Origin: a virus
Length of the DNA stretch: 64,000 bases
IMG/VR virus record: IMGVR_UViG_3300028558_000024
Span: 1-64,000 of that record
Reading direction: 5' to 3' (one strand)
Of this stretch, positions 29,950-39,668 are shown piece by piece. Each line of letters starts with the position of its first letter. Position 1 is the stretch's first letter. A program made the position numbers and the translations under genes. Below the pieces are notes generated by a model. It was not told where the DNA came from, searched no databases, and was given only the letters and a program-made list of their open reading frames with translations.

Positions 29950-29968
29950 CAATTAACCTTTGCATCAA
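29950..29968 (+). promoter_or_regulatory. 19-bp promoter element, copy 2, upstream of terS
   Basis: Identical to 23100-23118 and at the same distance from the ATG. Confidence 0.6.
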
Positions 29969-29994
29969 ATTAAATTGTCGGCAAATTATGAGTT

Positions 29995-30570
29995 ATGCCG
30001 AAGAAGAAACTCCCTGCAAAAACATTGGAAGGCACGATTGCTCGAGAGTCGAAGAAATCGTCCGACGTCTTTAATCCAGAGACTCTAACCGCGATCCAAG
30101 TCCTTGCCGCGTGCTGTTTCACGGACAAGGAAATTGCTTTAGAGCTTGGAATGAGCGTTCAAAAGCTGGCCGAGAACAAGAAAAAATATCAAGCGTTTGC
30201 CGAAGCCGTTGAACTTGGTCGAATGAAGGCAAAGAAAAAATGGGGTAAAGCCTTACTTCGAAAAATCGATGAAGGCGATATGCAGGCGATCAAATTCTAC
30301 GGAACTCACGTTTTGAAGATGTCGGCGCCAAGGGCGGACGAAGACGCCGGGAAAGGAAGCACGACAAATATTGTCGTTTTCTCCCCTGAAGACATGCAAA
30401 AAGACGCTTGGCAAAAAATGGTTGAAGAAGCGAAGAAGCGCGCAACTGAAGCAGAGCCACAGCCAGAAGAAGAAAAGCCGGAATGGATGCAAGGCGACAA
30501 CGTCATTGATCTGCCGGCAATAACTTTAAACCCAGCATCAAGGGAGATTCCGCAAAGTGGAACTTCCTAA
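29995..30570 (+). CDS. terS: terminase small subunit
   Basis: HTH (TDKEIALELGMS), F.EA...G, GDMQAIKFY; directly upstream of terL. Confidence 0.75.
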   Translation: MPKKKLPAKTLEGTIARESKKSSDVFNPETLTAIQVLAACCFTDKEIALELGMSVQKLAENKKKYQAFAEAVELGRMKAKKKWGKALLRKIDEGDMQAIKFYGTHVLKMSAPRADEDAGKGSTTNIVVFSPEDMQKDAWQKMVEEAKKRATEAEPQPEEEKPEWMQGDNVIDLPAITLNPASREIPQSGTS

Positions 30571-33049
30571 GATCGATTCATCAAATGTGGCGCCATTTGA
30601 AGTAAAGCCGCAGCCAGGCCCGCAACTGTTTTTAGTTACCTGTCCCTACCAGGACATCTTTTTTGGCGGCCAGCGTGGTGGCGGGAAAGCTCAAACGCTT
30701 GACTCTGTGGTGCATACGCCGTTTGGACCGAAACGAATGGGCGACATAAAGTTGGGCGATCAGGTCTGCAATCCCGAGGGTGGAATCGCCAATGTAATCG
30801 CAATTCATCCTCAACCAAAGCAGCAAATCTACAAAGTAACTATGGCTGACGGTGCGACGACTCGCGTCACCGGTGGGCACATTTGGCTTTCGCGGATTGT
30901 CGGGCAGAAACTCAAAGCGAAAAGGCGATGGATGCACGTTTCTCGTTATTTGTATGAGGGAAGAGATTATCTCAACTGGAAGCTCTTCACGACGCTTCAA
31001 CTTAAGGAATGGATCGCCAAAGGACCAGCGAGCCACAACAGCAGACTGCCAGTCTTGCCTTTGCCACAACCGTTGACCTATACCGTGAGTGGACGGAACC
31101 CCGCCAAAATTGATCCTTACATTCTTGGTTTGATCATTGGAGATGGGCATTGCGGTGACACCGGTATTGGCATCACTTCTGCCGATAAAGAGATTGGAGA
31201 CATGCTACTCCAACTGGGCTTTGTTGAAAACCGGAAGCCCGGAAATGCAGCATCAACCTATTTAGCTCGAGGGGAAATATTTCAAACCTTAAGAACAGCC
31301 CTTCAGCAGCTCGATCTGTACGGCTGTAAATCCAATAGCAAATTCATCCCCCGCCAGTTTCTCTACGGTTCAATTGAAAACAGGTGGGAGTTACTTCGTG
31401 GGTTGATGGATTCGGACGGTTCGGCAACTCCAGAGGGCAAGTTGAATTACTCGTCGGTGAGCAAACGCTTAGCCGACGAAGTCCGCACTTTGATTGAAGG
31501 ACTCGGTGGCTGGGCGACCATATGGGAGAAGCCAGGAAAATATAGAAACGAAGAAGGCGAAATAGTTGAATGCCAGATTTCTTACAACCTTTACATTAAG
31601 CTTCAAGACCACAGTCAAGCATTTCGGCTTAAACGAAAGAAGGAGAGAGCGGCCAAGTATTCATTCAATGGTGGCGCTGATCAATGGCGCAAAATTGTCT
31701 CCATTGAAGAAGACGGCTTTGAAGAAGCTCAGTGCATAACAGTCGATCATCCGAACGGGCTTTACCTCACAGATAATTGCATTGTCACCCACAACAGTTT
31801 CGCAGTTCTTCTCGACTTTATTTATCATGCTGCAAAATACGGCGAACACGCTGTCGGCTTGATTGTTCGTGAATCGTATAAAGAGCTTCAGGATTTCAAT
31901 GAAAAGAAAGCCATGCCAATTCTGTTTCGGCTTGGCTGGGATTGGAACGTTGGACGACAGACATGGTATGCGCCCAACGGGGCCACTCTTCGCATGGGGC
32001 ACATGGCGACTCAAAAGGACGCAAATAAGCTCCTTGGCGCCGAGCTAACCTGGTTTGCTGTTGAAGAAATTGGTAATTTTCCAAACGACAACATCGACAA
32101 GCCGGAGCCCGGATCTAACGTCGGACTCGACATGATTCGCGGATCGATGAGATCGGCTCACGGTGTACCTGTTCGCTTCCTTTGTACTGGAAATCCAGGC
32201 GGAATTGGGCATCGCTGGATCAAAGCGCGGTACGTTGATCCGGCTCCGCCGATGACACCTTTTAAAGACGAAGAAACAGGTCAGTGGCGCGTTTTCATAC
32301 CTTCTTCAACAAAAGATAATCCGATTTTGATGGAAAGCGATCCCGAGTACGTGGATCGTTTGCGTGCCGTCGGATCGAAAGCCCTGCAAAAGGCATGGAT
32401 CGAAGGCGACTGGGAAATTTCACTCAAAGGCGAGATTTTTGAACGCCCCTGGTTCGGCTGGTACGACTGGAATCCGGAAGACGCGATTATGCCTCGCATT
32501 GGCATTGGCTCCAAGTGTCCGCCGATTCATGGCCGATTTTCATCATGGGATACGGGCTGCAAAGTCGAAGAGGTTCATTCTAAGACAGCCGGACTTACCT
32601 GGGCGACTTCCGTCAATGAAATTTTCATTCTCGATATGTTTAACAAGCGAGTTCAATTTCCTGTACTCGTCGATACAGTCAAGATGTCTTCTCGAAAATG
32701 GAGACCAGAAGCAATTTGGGTCGAGGAAAGATCTTCCGGCATTCAATTGGTTCAAACATTGCGCACTGGAACACAACTCCCAATCAAGCCAGTTCAGGTC
32801 ACCCGTGACAAAGAGAGCCGAGCTCATGCCGTCAGCGCCGGATTGACGACAGGAAAAGTACTTTTGCCCTCCAAGTGTCCATGGGCTTACGATTTGTTGG
32901 AAGAGCTTTGCGCATATCCACAAAAAGGCGAAAGCGATTTAGTCGACGCTTTCACTTTGGGAATGTCTCAGATTTCTTATTCCGAAGAAAGAATCAAGAA
33001 ATTCAGGAATAGCGCAGGATACCGAAACCGCTCAATTTACGGAAGATAG
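30557..33049 (+). CDS. terL: terminase large subunit, intein-containing
   Basis: PQPGPQ, GGQRGGGK|S Walker A, VEE Walker B, TGNPGG, nuclease SWD...DKESR...DLVDA. Confidence 0.93.
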   Translation: MELPKIDSSNVAPFEVKPQPGPQLFLVTCPYQDIFFGGQRGGGKAQTLDSVVHTPFGPKRMGDIKLGDQVCNPEGGIANVIAIHPQPKQQIYKVTMADGATTRVTGGHIWLSRIVGQKLKAKRRWMHVSRYLYEGRDYLNWKLFTTLQLKEWIAKGPASHNSRLPVLPLPQPLTYTVSGRNPAKIDPYILGLIIGDGHCGDTGIGITSADKEIGDMLLQLGFVENRKPGNAASTYLARGEIFQTLRTALQQLDLYGCKSNSKFIPRQFLYGSIENRWELLRGLMDSDGSATPEGKLNYSSVSKRLADEVRTLIEGLGGWATIWEKPGKYRNEEGEIVECQISYNLYIKLQDHSQAFRLKRKKERAAKYSFNGGADQWRKIVSIEEDGFEEAQCITVDHPNGLYLTDNCIVTHNSFAVLLDFIYHAAKYGEHAVGLIVRESYKELQDFNEKKAMPILFRLGWDWNVGRQTWYAPNGATLRMGHMATQKDANKLLGAELTWFAVEEIGNFPNDNIDKPEPGSNVGLDMIRGSMRSAHGVPVRFLCTGNPGGIGHRWIKARYVDPAPPMTPFKDEETGQWRVFIPSSTKDNPILMESDPEYVDRLRAVGSKALQKAWIEGDWEISLKGEIFERPWFGWYDWNPEDAIMPRIGIGSKCPPIHGRFSSWDTGCKVEEVHSKTAGLTWATSVNEIFILDMFNKRVQFPVLVDTVKMSSRKWRPEAIWVEERSSGIQLVQTLRTGTQLPIKPVQVTRDKESRAHAVSAGLTTGKVLLPSKCPWAYDLLEELCAYPQKGESDLVDAFTLGMSQISYSEERIKKFRNSAGYRNRSIYGR
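30689..31795 (+). mobile_element. intein (369 aa) with LAGLIDADG homing endonuclease, Ala-start class-3 type
   Basis: Starts AQTLDS, ends IVTHN followed by Ser; LGLIIGDG and LRGLMDSDG motifs; HIW, QCITV and THN give the W-C-T triplet. Confidence 0.88.
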
Positions 33050-34693
33050 ATGCTCAAGTATTTGCAAGAAACACTCAAGAACGACAGACCGGCTTGGCAA
33101 AATGCTGATGATCGCTTTTGTGATTTAGATTTACGCGATAAGTTTCTTTCCTCTCAAGCTTACGACCACCTGAAACACAACTTTTCGCAGGAAGAGGATA
33201 GCAATCAGGATTTCATACCTATATATAAGCGTCGGCCTTCAGTTATCTACCCTTATGCTTCGGCAATTTCGGCTCTCGTTGCTCGCAAAACCTTTGGCGG
33301 ACGTCATGCGCCCAGATTGACTCACGATAAAGACGAAGTTCGAATGAAGGTTGAAAGGCTTCTCCAAGAGGCCAAGTTTAGCCGACTCATGATCCAAATA
33401 GCCAAATGGGCGTCTGTTGGTTCGATGGGCGTTACGTACAAAATTTTAGGCGAAGGCGACAAAGGCAAAATCATTGCAACGCCATGGAGAGCGAAATATT
33501 GCACTCCCAGATATGACAAGATGCAGAATTTGAAGTCTTTGCGGATTGCCTATCCGACCTGCGGTTATGAGTTTTTGGCTCGAGGCTGGGACAAAGACAT
33601 TAAAGGCGATCCAATTATTGCAACCGGAAATTATTGGCGGATTGTCGATCAGACTAAAGAGTACGAACGTTCTTATACGCCAATTTTCGAAAGTATGTGG
33701 AAGCCGTCTGATGGCGATAGTCTTTTGCAATTCAATGAGAAGGAAGACGAGGTCAAACACAATCTCGGCATTGTTCAAGCGCATTGGTTCACCAATTCAA
33801 CAACCGGCTCACTTCCAGACGGCGAATGCTTGTTTGGTGCCGCTCTTCCCATTTGCATAGATATTGACTTCACTTTATCTTCGCTTGGCCGGGCCATCAG
33901 ATACAACGCCTCGCCCCAGGTCGTCACAATTGGCGAAATGGTTGACGGCAATGGCGGAGCAGCCGAGGACGGCAAGCCCAAGGCTCGTTCACCACATATG
34001 ATGCTGATGTTTTACGCCGGCGAGAAAGACGCGGGCGGCGGAACCGTTAATGCTGGCGATGCCAAACTTCTTGAAATGACCGGGGAAGGCATCAAAATTG
34101 GTTTGGAGTATGTCCAGTTTCTACGGAAATTGGCCCAAGAATCAACTGCAGCGATCGTAAAAGATCCCGATCATGCCGGAACATTGATCACCGGGGCTGC
34201 CATGGATTCTTTTGATGATAACTTCATCGACCTTATCCAAGATCTTCGCTGCTGCCTTGGCGATGACGGGACATTGCAACTCACTCGCCAAATGTGTCTT
34301 GTTGCAATTGCAGCCAAACACCCAATCATGGCGGGCGTTAACGTCGAGGATATTGACGGTCTTAAATATCAATGGCCCAAAGTTCACGAGCTGACGCCTC
34401 AAGACCTACAACAACTTGTCGCTTCTTTTGTTCAAGCAATTACCGGGCCGACTGCCAAGGGCGCCATGGGCGGCTTGGTTCAGTTACCGGGCTGGAAGCC
34501 TCTAATCGATCCCGAGGACGCCCGTAATTACATCTACGACAATTGCGATTTTCCAGTTGAGTCGACTGACTATATAGAGGATGGGATTTTACCTGACGGC
34601 GAGAAGGATGACGGCAAAACCGCCATAGACACGCCTGATGAGTCTGATGTTTTGCCACCAAATGAAAAATTGAAAAAAGGAGTTACAGGCTAA
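33050..34693 (+). CDS. portal protein
   Basis: 547 aa immediately after terL; RRPSV, GRAIRYNASP, GDAKLLE. Confidence 0.8.
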   Translation: MLKYLQETLKNDRPAWQNADDRFCDLDLRDKFLSSQAYDHLKHNFSQEEDSNQDFIPIYKRRPSVIYPYASAISALVARKTFGGRHAPRLTHDKDEVRMKVERLLQEAKFSRLMIQIAKWASVGSMGVTYKILGEGDKGKIIATPWRAKYCTPRYDKMQNLKSLRIAYPTCGYEFLARGWDKDIKGDPIIATGNYWRIVDQTKEYERSYTPIFESMWKPSDGDSLLQFNEKEDEVKHNLGIVQAHWFTNSTTGSLPDGECLFGAALPICIDIDFTLSSLGRAIRYNASPQVVTIGEMVDGNGGAAEDGKPKARSPHMMLMFYAGEKDAGGGTVNAGDAKLLEMTGEGIKIGLEYVQFLRKLAQESTAAIVKDPDHAGTLITGAAMDSFDDNFIDLIQDLRCCLGDDGTLQLTRQMCLVAIAAKHPIMAGVNVEDIDGLKYQWPKVHELTPQDLQQLVASFVQAITGPTAKGAMGGLVQLPGWKPLIDPEDARNYIYDNCDFPVESTDYIEDGILPDGEKDDGKTAIDTPDESDVLPPNEKLKKGVTG

Positions 34694-35046
34694 TGGCTAA
34701 TGGCGACAGTATTTATTTAGTCAACGGTGTTGCGCCGACAACCTATAAAGGTTGGAAAGCGCTTGACGCATCGAGTGCAACCTCTGGCGATTCGGGCTGG
34801 CTTGATCCGTTGCCCTATTCGAAATTTTCGCTTGAAGTGACGGGAATCGCTGCCGGCGACAAAGTCAAACTCTGGGGCACGAATAAAGAATTTCCGCTGT
34901 CGAGTGATGCGGGCCAATTGATTGGCGCCGAATTGACAGCAAATGGATATACGCAATTCACCGGCTCTTATGCCAGATTGCGTGTTACACAGAGCGCTAA
35001 TGCTGGCGGTGGTTCTGTCACTGCCGTTTTATTGGCGACAAAATAA
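34693..35046 (+). CDS. small beta-sandwich virion protein
   Basis: 117 aa; similar to 50843..51196. Confidence 0.55.
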   Translation: MANGDSIYLVNGVAPTTYKGWKALDASSATSGDSGWLDPLPYSKFSLEVTGIAAGDKVKLWGTNKEFPLSSDAGQLIGAELTANGYTQFTGSYARLRVTQSANAGGGSVTAVLLATK

Positions 35047-35063
35047 GGAGAATCAAACCAACC

Positions 35064-35735
35064 ATGTCAGACGAAACCCCTAAAAACGTCGAAGACCCCA
35101 AGCAAGAAGATCCGTCCAAAAACCAAGATCCTCCAAAGAAGGAAGATAAATCCGCTGGCGACGACAAGCGAAAAGCTTGGAGTACGGACGATTATGAACA
35201 TGAACTGTCGAAAGTTCGAGGCGAAGCAGCCGAAAAGAGAAAAGCTCTTAGCGACTTGCAAAAGAAACTCGATGCTCACGAAGAAGAAAAGAGCAAAGCT
35301 GAAACAGACCGACTGAAAGCTGAAGGCAAATTCAAAGAAGCTGCCGAGAAAGCCGAGAAGGATCTCCAAGACTACAAGAAGATAGCCGAACAACGCGCAA
35401 TCAAAGCTGAAGCGAAAGCCGCGGCAATTGCTGCCGGCATGAATCCCAATGCGGCCAAGTTTCTTGATACGACAAATGTCAAATATGACGATGCCGGAGA
35501 GCTTTCCGGAATCGAAGAAGCCATTGCTCAAATGAAGAAGGATCTGCCTGAAGTTTTCAAAAAGGAATCCGACACTTCCAAAGACGTAAAACCAACTGGC
35601 TCGGAGAAAGATGATCCGCCTCCCGCCAAAAAGGGAACAACTCCAACCGCAATGGCAACTGACTCGAAAGGCAATTTCCTGATCTCCGACAAAGATCTCG
35701 ATAAAGCGATCAAGGAAATGGCCAAAAAAATATAG
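35064..35735 (+). CDS. capsid scaffolding protein
   Basis: Charged coiled coil with RGEAAEKR...KKDLPEVF; upstream of the capsid gene; SD AGGAG. Confidence 0.8.
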   Translation: MSDETPKNVEDPKQEDPSKNQDPPKKEDKSAGDDKRKAWSTDDYEHELSKVRGEAAEKRKALSDLQKKLDAHEEEKSKAETDRLKAEGKFKEAAEKAEKDLQDYKKIAEQRAIKAEAKAAAIAAGMNPNAAKFLDTTNVKYDDAGELSGIEEAIAQMKKDLPEVFKKESDTSKDVKPTGSEKDDPPPAKKGTTPTAMATDSKGNFLISDKDLDKAIKEMAKKI

Positions 35736-35767
35736 TTGACAAAAGTCAAAGCAGCTATCAATGATTG

Positions 35768-35871
35768 TGGAGTAGGTCAGGCACCTACTCCAATCTTTTT
35801 AGAGCCAGGCGCTCCGTGCGGGTTGTAACCGCAACGTAAATCTCTCAAAAACTAGTCCGGGCCAGGCGCCC
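35768..35871 (+). promoter_or_regulatory. capsid-gene leader with three CAGGC-loop hairpins
   Basis: TGGAGTAGGT-CAGGC-ACCTACTCCA (35768-35792), GAGC-CAGGC-GCTC (35802-35814), GGGC-CAGGC-GCCC (35859-35871). Confidence 0.65.
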
Positions 35872-35907
35872 TCAGTGTCACACAAGACTAAGAGGGGTTT
35901 CCTTATA

Positions 35908-37290
35908 ATGTCCGGCAATTTCCAAAATCTTCCAACAGCTCTGCAAGTAGTCATTCAACAAGGATGGCTTGAACGCAAAATTAGAGCCGCATTGCAAAAC
36001 AAACTTGCATATCGCGCTCTCGTAGAAAAAGAAACTTTCCCAACTAGAATTGGCGAAGCTTTCAAAAGAACTCGCACAGCGATGTTGCCGGCTGTCGTTA
36101 AGAAGCTCGTTCCGTCGGATATGTCCAACGCAGCTTCTTTGACCAATGGACAAACCGCGCAAACCGCTCCTGGCTATGAACAATGGGACGTAACTCTTGA
36201 AGAGCACGGCACTTTCCTTGGCTTGAACCGCAAGCAAGACAAGGTTTCTCTCGTCAATAACTACTTGAGAAATGCTGGCTTGCTGGCCAATCAATCAGCC
36301 AAGTCTCAAGAACACATGGCTCGCAATCCCTTGTTTGGCGCTTATCTGAGTGGAAACAGCTATGTTGTAACAGCATTGGGTGCAGGCACAAGCACGACCG
36401 CGCTCGTTAATGACATTCGCGGCTTCGACACTGTTTTGATTGCAAACGGCACTCTGGCAGCTACAAGCGTTTCAAATCCTTTGACTTGTTATGCAACCAA
36501 GCCGGATAACACCGTTGTCACTCTTTCGGTGACGGGCGTTGTCGCAGAAGGTACAAATCACAGCTCTGCTTCTCAGCTCTCTTCGGACGGCGTTGAACAG
36601 GGCGGAATCTCCGGCACTTTGACTTTTGCTGATGCTGGCGGCACTTTGCCGGACGGTACAGTTATCAAAGCAATCCATGGTTCAACCATTTTGCGCCCGA
36701 AAGGCAAAACTCGCACTTCAGCCTTGCTGGGCGGCGACATGCTGACTCTCTCATTGCTTTTGGATGCAAAGCTTGCACTGGAAAACAATGGCGTTTCCGG
36801 AGCAATTGATTGCGTTCTTGATCCTTCTTCATTGCGTCAACTGTATGCCGATCCTGAATTCCAGAATCTTCACACTGGCGGCAGAGCTGATACTGAAATG
36901 AATACTGGCATGATTTCAGCAATTCTCGGAATCAATTTCCGCACAACTACTGAAGCATTCCAGCAACCGGCATTCTCCGGAACCGGCGCTCACAACATTC
37001 CTGTTGCTGTCCGTAGACCAATTCTTGTCAGCGAAGGCTGCATTGTTGAATCGACTTTCGAAGCCGATACTGAACAGGAAGATCAAACCATCCATAACAT
37101 CGTCACCGTTGACGGCGTTAATTTCATCGACAGACCATCCTTGGACGTTTTCGCTCAAAACGTCACACAGGCATGGGAATGGACCGGTTGTTACAGTGTT
37201 CCACAAGACCAATCGATGACAGCGGCGATTATGCCGACTGCATCCGGCGCCCGCTACAAGCGCGCTGTGGTTATCGAGCACGCAGGCTAA
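35908..37290 (+). CDS. major capsid protein
   Basis: Likely start ATG 35908 (SD AGAGGGG); LP.ALQ..IQQG.LER...YKRAVVIEHAG; position after the scaffold. Confidence 0.85.
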   Translation: MSGNFQNLPTALQVVIQQGWLERKIRAALQNKLAYRALVEKETFPTRIGEAFKRTRTAMLPAVVKKLVPSDMSNAASLTNGQTAQTAPGYEQWDVTLEEHGTFLGLNRKQDKVSLVNNYLRNAGLLANQSAKSQEHMARNPLFGAYLSGNSYVVTALGAGTSTTALVNDIRGFDTVLIANGTLAATSVSNPLTCYATKPDNTVVTLSVTGVVAEGTNHSSASQLSSDGVEQGGISGTLTFADAGGTLPDGTVIKAIHGSTILRPKGKTRTSALLGGDMLTLSLLLDAKLALENNGVSGAIDCVLDPSSLRQLYADPEFQNLHTGGRADTEMNTGMISAILGINFRTTTEAFQQPAFSGTGAHNIPVAVRRPILVSEGCIVESTFEADTEQEDQTIHNIVTVDGVNFIDRPSLDVFAQNVTQAWEWTGCYSVPQDQSMTAAIMPTASGARYKRAVVIEHAG

Positions 37291-37307
37291 GCCTTTCGGC
37301 GAGGGGA

Positions 37308-37335
37308 GTGAGCGGACCCGAAAGGGTCCGCTTAC
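37308..37335 (+). terminator. strong GAAA-tetraloop hairpin after the capsid gene (stability or partial termination element)
   Basis: GTGAGCGGACCC-GAAA-GGGTCCGCTTAC; no clear U-tract. Confidence 0.55.
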
Positions 37336-37367
37336 ATAATTAAGAGTTTTCTGGAGAACAAAAAACA

Positions 37368-38543
37368 ATGTCGCTGAATCCTAATGCAAGACTTCTGCCT
37401 GCTTTGAACGCTTCAACTATGGTCAATGGGCAAGTCGTTCCACTTTCTCCTTCTGATCAACTTGCATCGGACGCGAGACTTTTGGCGACCGCGACAATAA
37501 CCGTCGGGGGTTCAATTACGAACCTCGACAAATTGCGAGTAAGGATTAAATCAGGCGCTCTTGAGATTGATGTAACTGCCGCCATGACGGGCGGTGACAC
37601 TACCACTACCGCAGCGGCCAAAGTTGCAGCCGCAATCAATGCAAATGCGACTTTGCGAGATCTTGGTTATGCAGCTTCTTCGGCTGCAGCTATCGTAACT
37701 TTGACCGGTTATGGACCAATTCCAATGATTGTCGCTCTCGATTCATGGGCCGAGTCGGCTGGTTTGACTTTGACGTGCGGCGGGACGGTCACTTCCGGCG
37801 AAATGGAAATCGTCAAATTCGTTTCTGATTTGCTTCCGCTTGGATACAAATATGTCAAGGTTCTTTCAGCTTCGACAACTACTGCGCGCGCAACCGCAAT
37901 CAAAAACGCTATTAATGCTGATGTTGATCTTGCCAATGCCGCCATTACTGCAACATCTTCTTCGGCTATTGTCACAATCGACTTGAGTGCAGTTGATTCT
38001 GACGTCACCGTGACTTCTTATGCATGGCAACCTTCGGCAACCGTTACTGTCGGCGGCACGCCTGCTGATGGCAATGCGCCTATTTTGGTTTTCACTGCAA
38101 CTGGCTTGCCTGGTGGAGATACCACGATCAACTATACCGTTTCGGGATCACCGACGACAACTCAAGTCGCAACTGCCTTGGCGGGCGTCATTAACGCAAA
38201 TTCTGAACTTATTGCAGCAGGTATCACAGCCAGCCCATCAGGAGCTGTCGTGACCGTGACCTTGCCCGACAATATTGGCGGCATCGTTCTTTCCAGAACA
38301 AATGACACCACGACTTACACTTTGAGCGCTGGTCCGACTGAAACTATTGTCAAAGCCGCCGAAGCAACTGAAACTATGACAATTTCACAGGTTTTCACGG
38401 GCGGAGGCGGCCCGATTCTGCCAACCGCAGATTTCCAATACATGTACAACGGACAACCCCTGTCTTTCAGAGCTGGCTTCCCCGCGGAAGTTACAAGTGA
38501 CCTTTTGACAATGCTTCTGAGGGACGCACAACAGATCTCTTAA
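37368..38543 (+). CDS. virion decoration-type protein with three repeated domains
   Basis: Thr/Ala-rich; three units ending ...AINA...(A/G)A(I/V)VT. Confidence 0.6.
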   Translation: MSLNPNARLLPALNASTMVNGQVVPLSPSDQLASDARLLATATITVGGSITNLDKLRVRIKSGALEIDVTAAMTGGDTTTTAAAKVAAAINANATLRDLGYAASSAAAIVTLTGYGPIPMIVALDSWAESAGLTLTCGGTVTSGEMEIVKFVSDLLPLGYKYVKVLSASTTTARATAIKNAINADVDLANAAITATSSSAIVTIDLSAVDSDVTVTSYAWQPSATVTVGGTPADGNAPILVFTATGLPGGDTTINYTVSGSPTTTQVATALAGVINANSELIAAGITASPSGAVVTVTLPDNIGGIVLSRTNDTTTYTLSAGPTETIVKAAEATETMTISQVFTGGGGPILPTADFQYMYNGQPLSFRAGFPAEVTSDLLTMLLRDAQQIS

Positions 38544-38558
38544 GGAGTTCATTCCAAA

Positions 38559-38882
38559 ATGGCAACCAATCCCCCCGCCGAAACAACAACCTCAACCAAA
38601 ACAGCCGCTCAAGAAAAACTTGAAGAATTGAAGCGGAATGCAATTGCAAAAAACCAACCGGCCGCAGCCGACAAAATTGAAGCCTACAGAATTTCAGCAG
38701 ATTGCAGAACTGCTTTGCACGGTTCGATTGTTTCTTACAAGAAAGACGACATTGTTTCCGATCCTGGAATGATCGTTCAATTGAAAGCGCAAGGAATAGA
38801 CATGCTTCCGATTGAAGCGGCTTTCCATGAATGCCCAAATTGCAAATCCAGGTTCGCGGCGGCCACAGCAGAAAGGAAGTAA
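38559..38882 (+). CDS. hypothetical structural-module protein with C-terminal CxxC
   Basis: SD AAGGAG; ECPNCK. Confidence 0.55.
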   Translation: MATNPPAETTTSTKTAAQEKLEELKRNAIAKNQPAAADKIEAYRISADCRTALHGSIVSYKKDDIVSDPGMIVQLKAQGIDMLPIEAAFHECPNCKSRFAAATAERK

Positions 38883-39668
38883 ATGCTCACCGACATGGAA
38901 CGAGTCGCAATCAGAAGTCACCTCGGGTATCCGCCCGTTGGTGCTCCGCAGATTGCGCCGGGCCGCGTCGGGCGTTATTTGCTCACGAATATCGATCTTT
39001 CCGTTTATGACGACTCTTTCAATGCTTTGGAGTTTCGTTTAAACCGTTTGCGTGCAGCAGAAGAAGTCCTTTTAACTGGCGCTGCATATGGGGCAATTTA
39101 TTTCGGAAACCTTCAGCCGTTCACGACAGCTGATTCAATCACGATAACGATTACTCAAGGGACGGCGATTGATAAGGAATTGACTTACACCGCCTTAAAT
39201 GGCGAGAAGCTCATTCCGTTCATGACAAGGATTTCAACAGCAATCAATCAAGACGTTGATTTGACGGCCGCCGGCTTTACTGGCTCCTTCCCAAATGACG
39301 GCTCAATGAGTGAATTCGCGATCTTTGCTCCCGTGGAATTTGAAATTGCTATCACCACGACCGGCAATATGCTGGCTACTTTGAGCGGCTTTGGCAAGCT
39401 GCCGAATATGCACTTTGATTCTTGTTGCGATTCGGGCGAAGTCGTTTATGGACTGATCAATATCTGTGATGCTTTGGAAAATGCGATTGCAGGCTCATCT
39501 AAACAACTTGGCTTTGCCAGAACAGGCGATGTCTACTTTAATGGCCGTGTTTTGAGAGAAAGAGAAAAACTCTACCAAAGATATAGGAAGCGTTTGGCCG
39601 AATTTCTGAAAGTGCCATTCTTTGCAAGTAGCACGGGCGGCGGTGGGGCTGGAAGGTTTGTCTGCTAA
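38883..39668 (+). CDS. head-tail adaptor-like protein
   Basis: MLTDMERVAIRSHLGYP...LEFRLNRL...RKRLAEFL; gene position. Confidence 0.6.
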   Translation: MLTDMERVAIRSHLGYPPVGAPQIAPGRVGRYLLTNIDLSVYDDSFNALEFRLNRLRAAEEVLLTGAAYGAIYFGNLQPFTTADSITITITQGTAIDKELTYTALNGEKLIPFMTRISTAINQDVDLTAAGFTGSFPNDGSMSEFAIFAPVEFEIAITTTGNMLATLSGFGKLPNMHFDSCCDSGEVVYGLINICDALENAIAGSSKQLGFARTGDVYFNGRVLREREKLYQRYRKRLAEFLKVPFFASSTGGGGAGRFVC

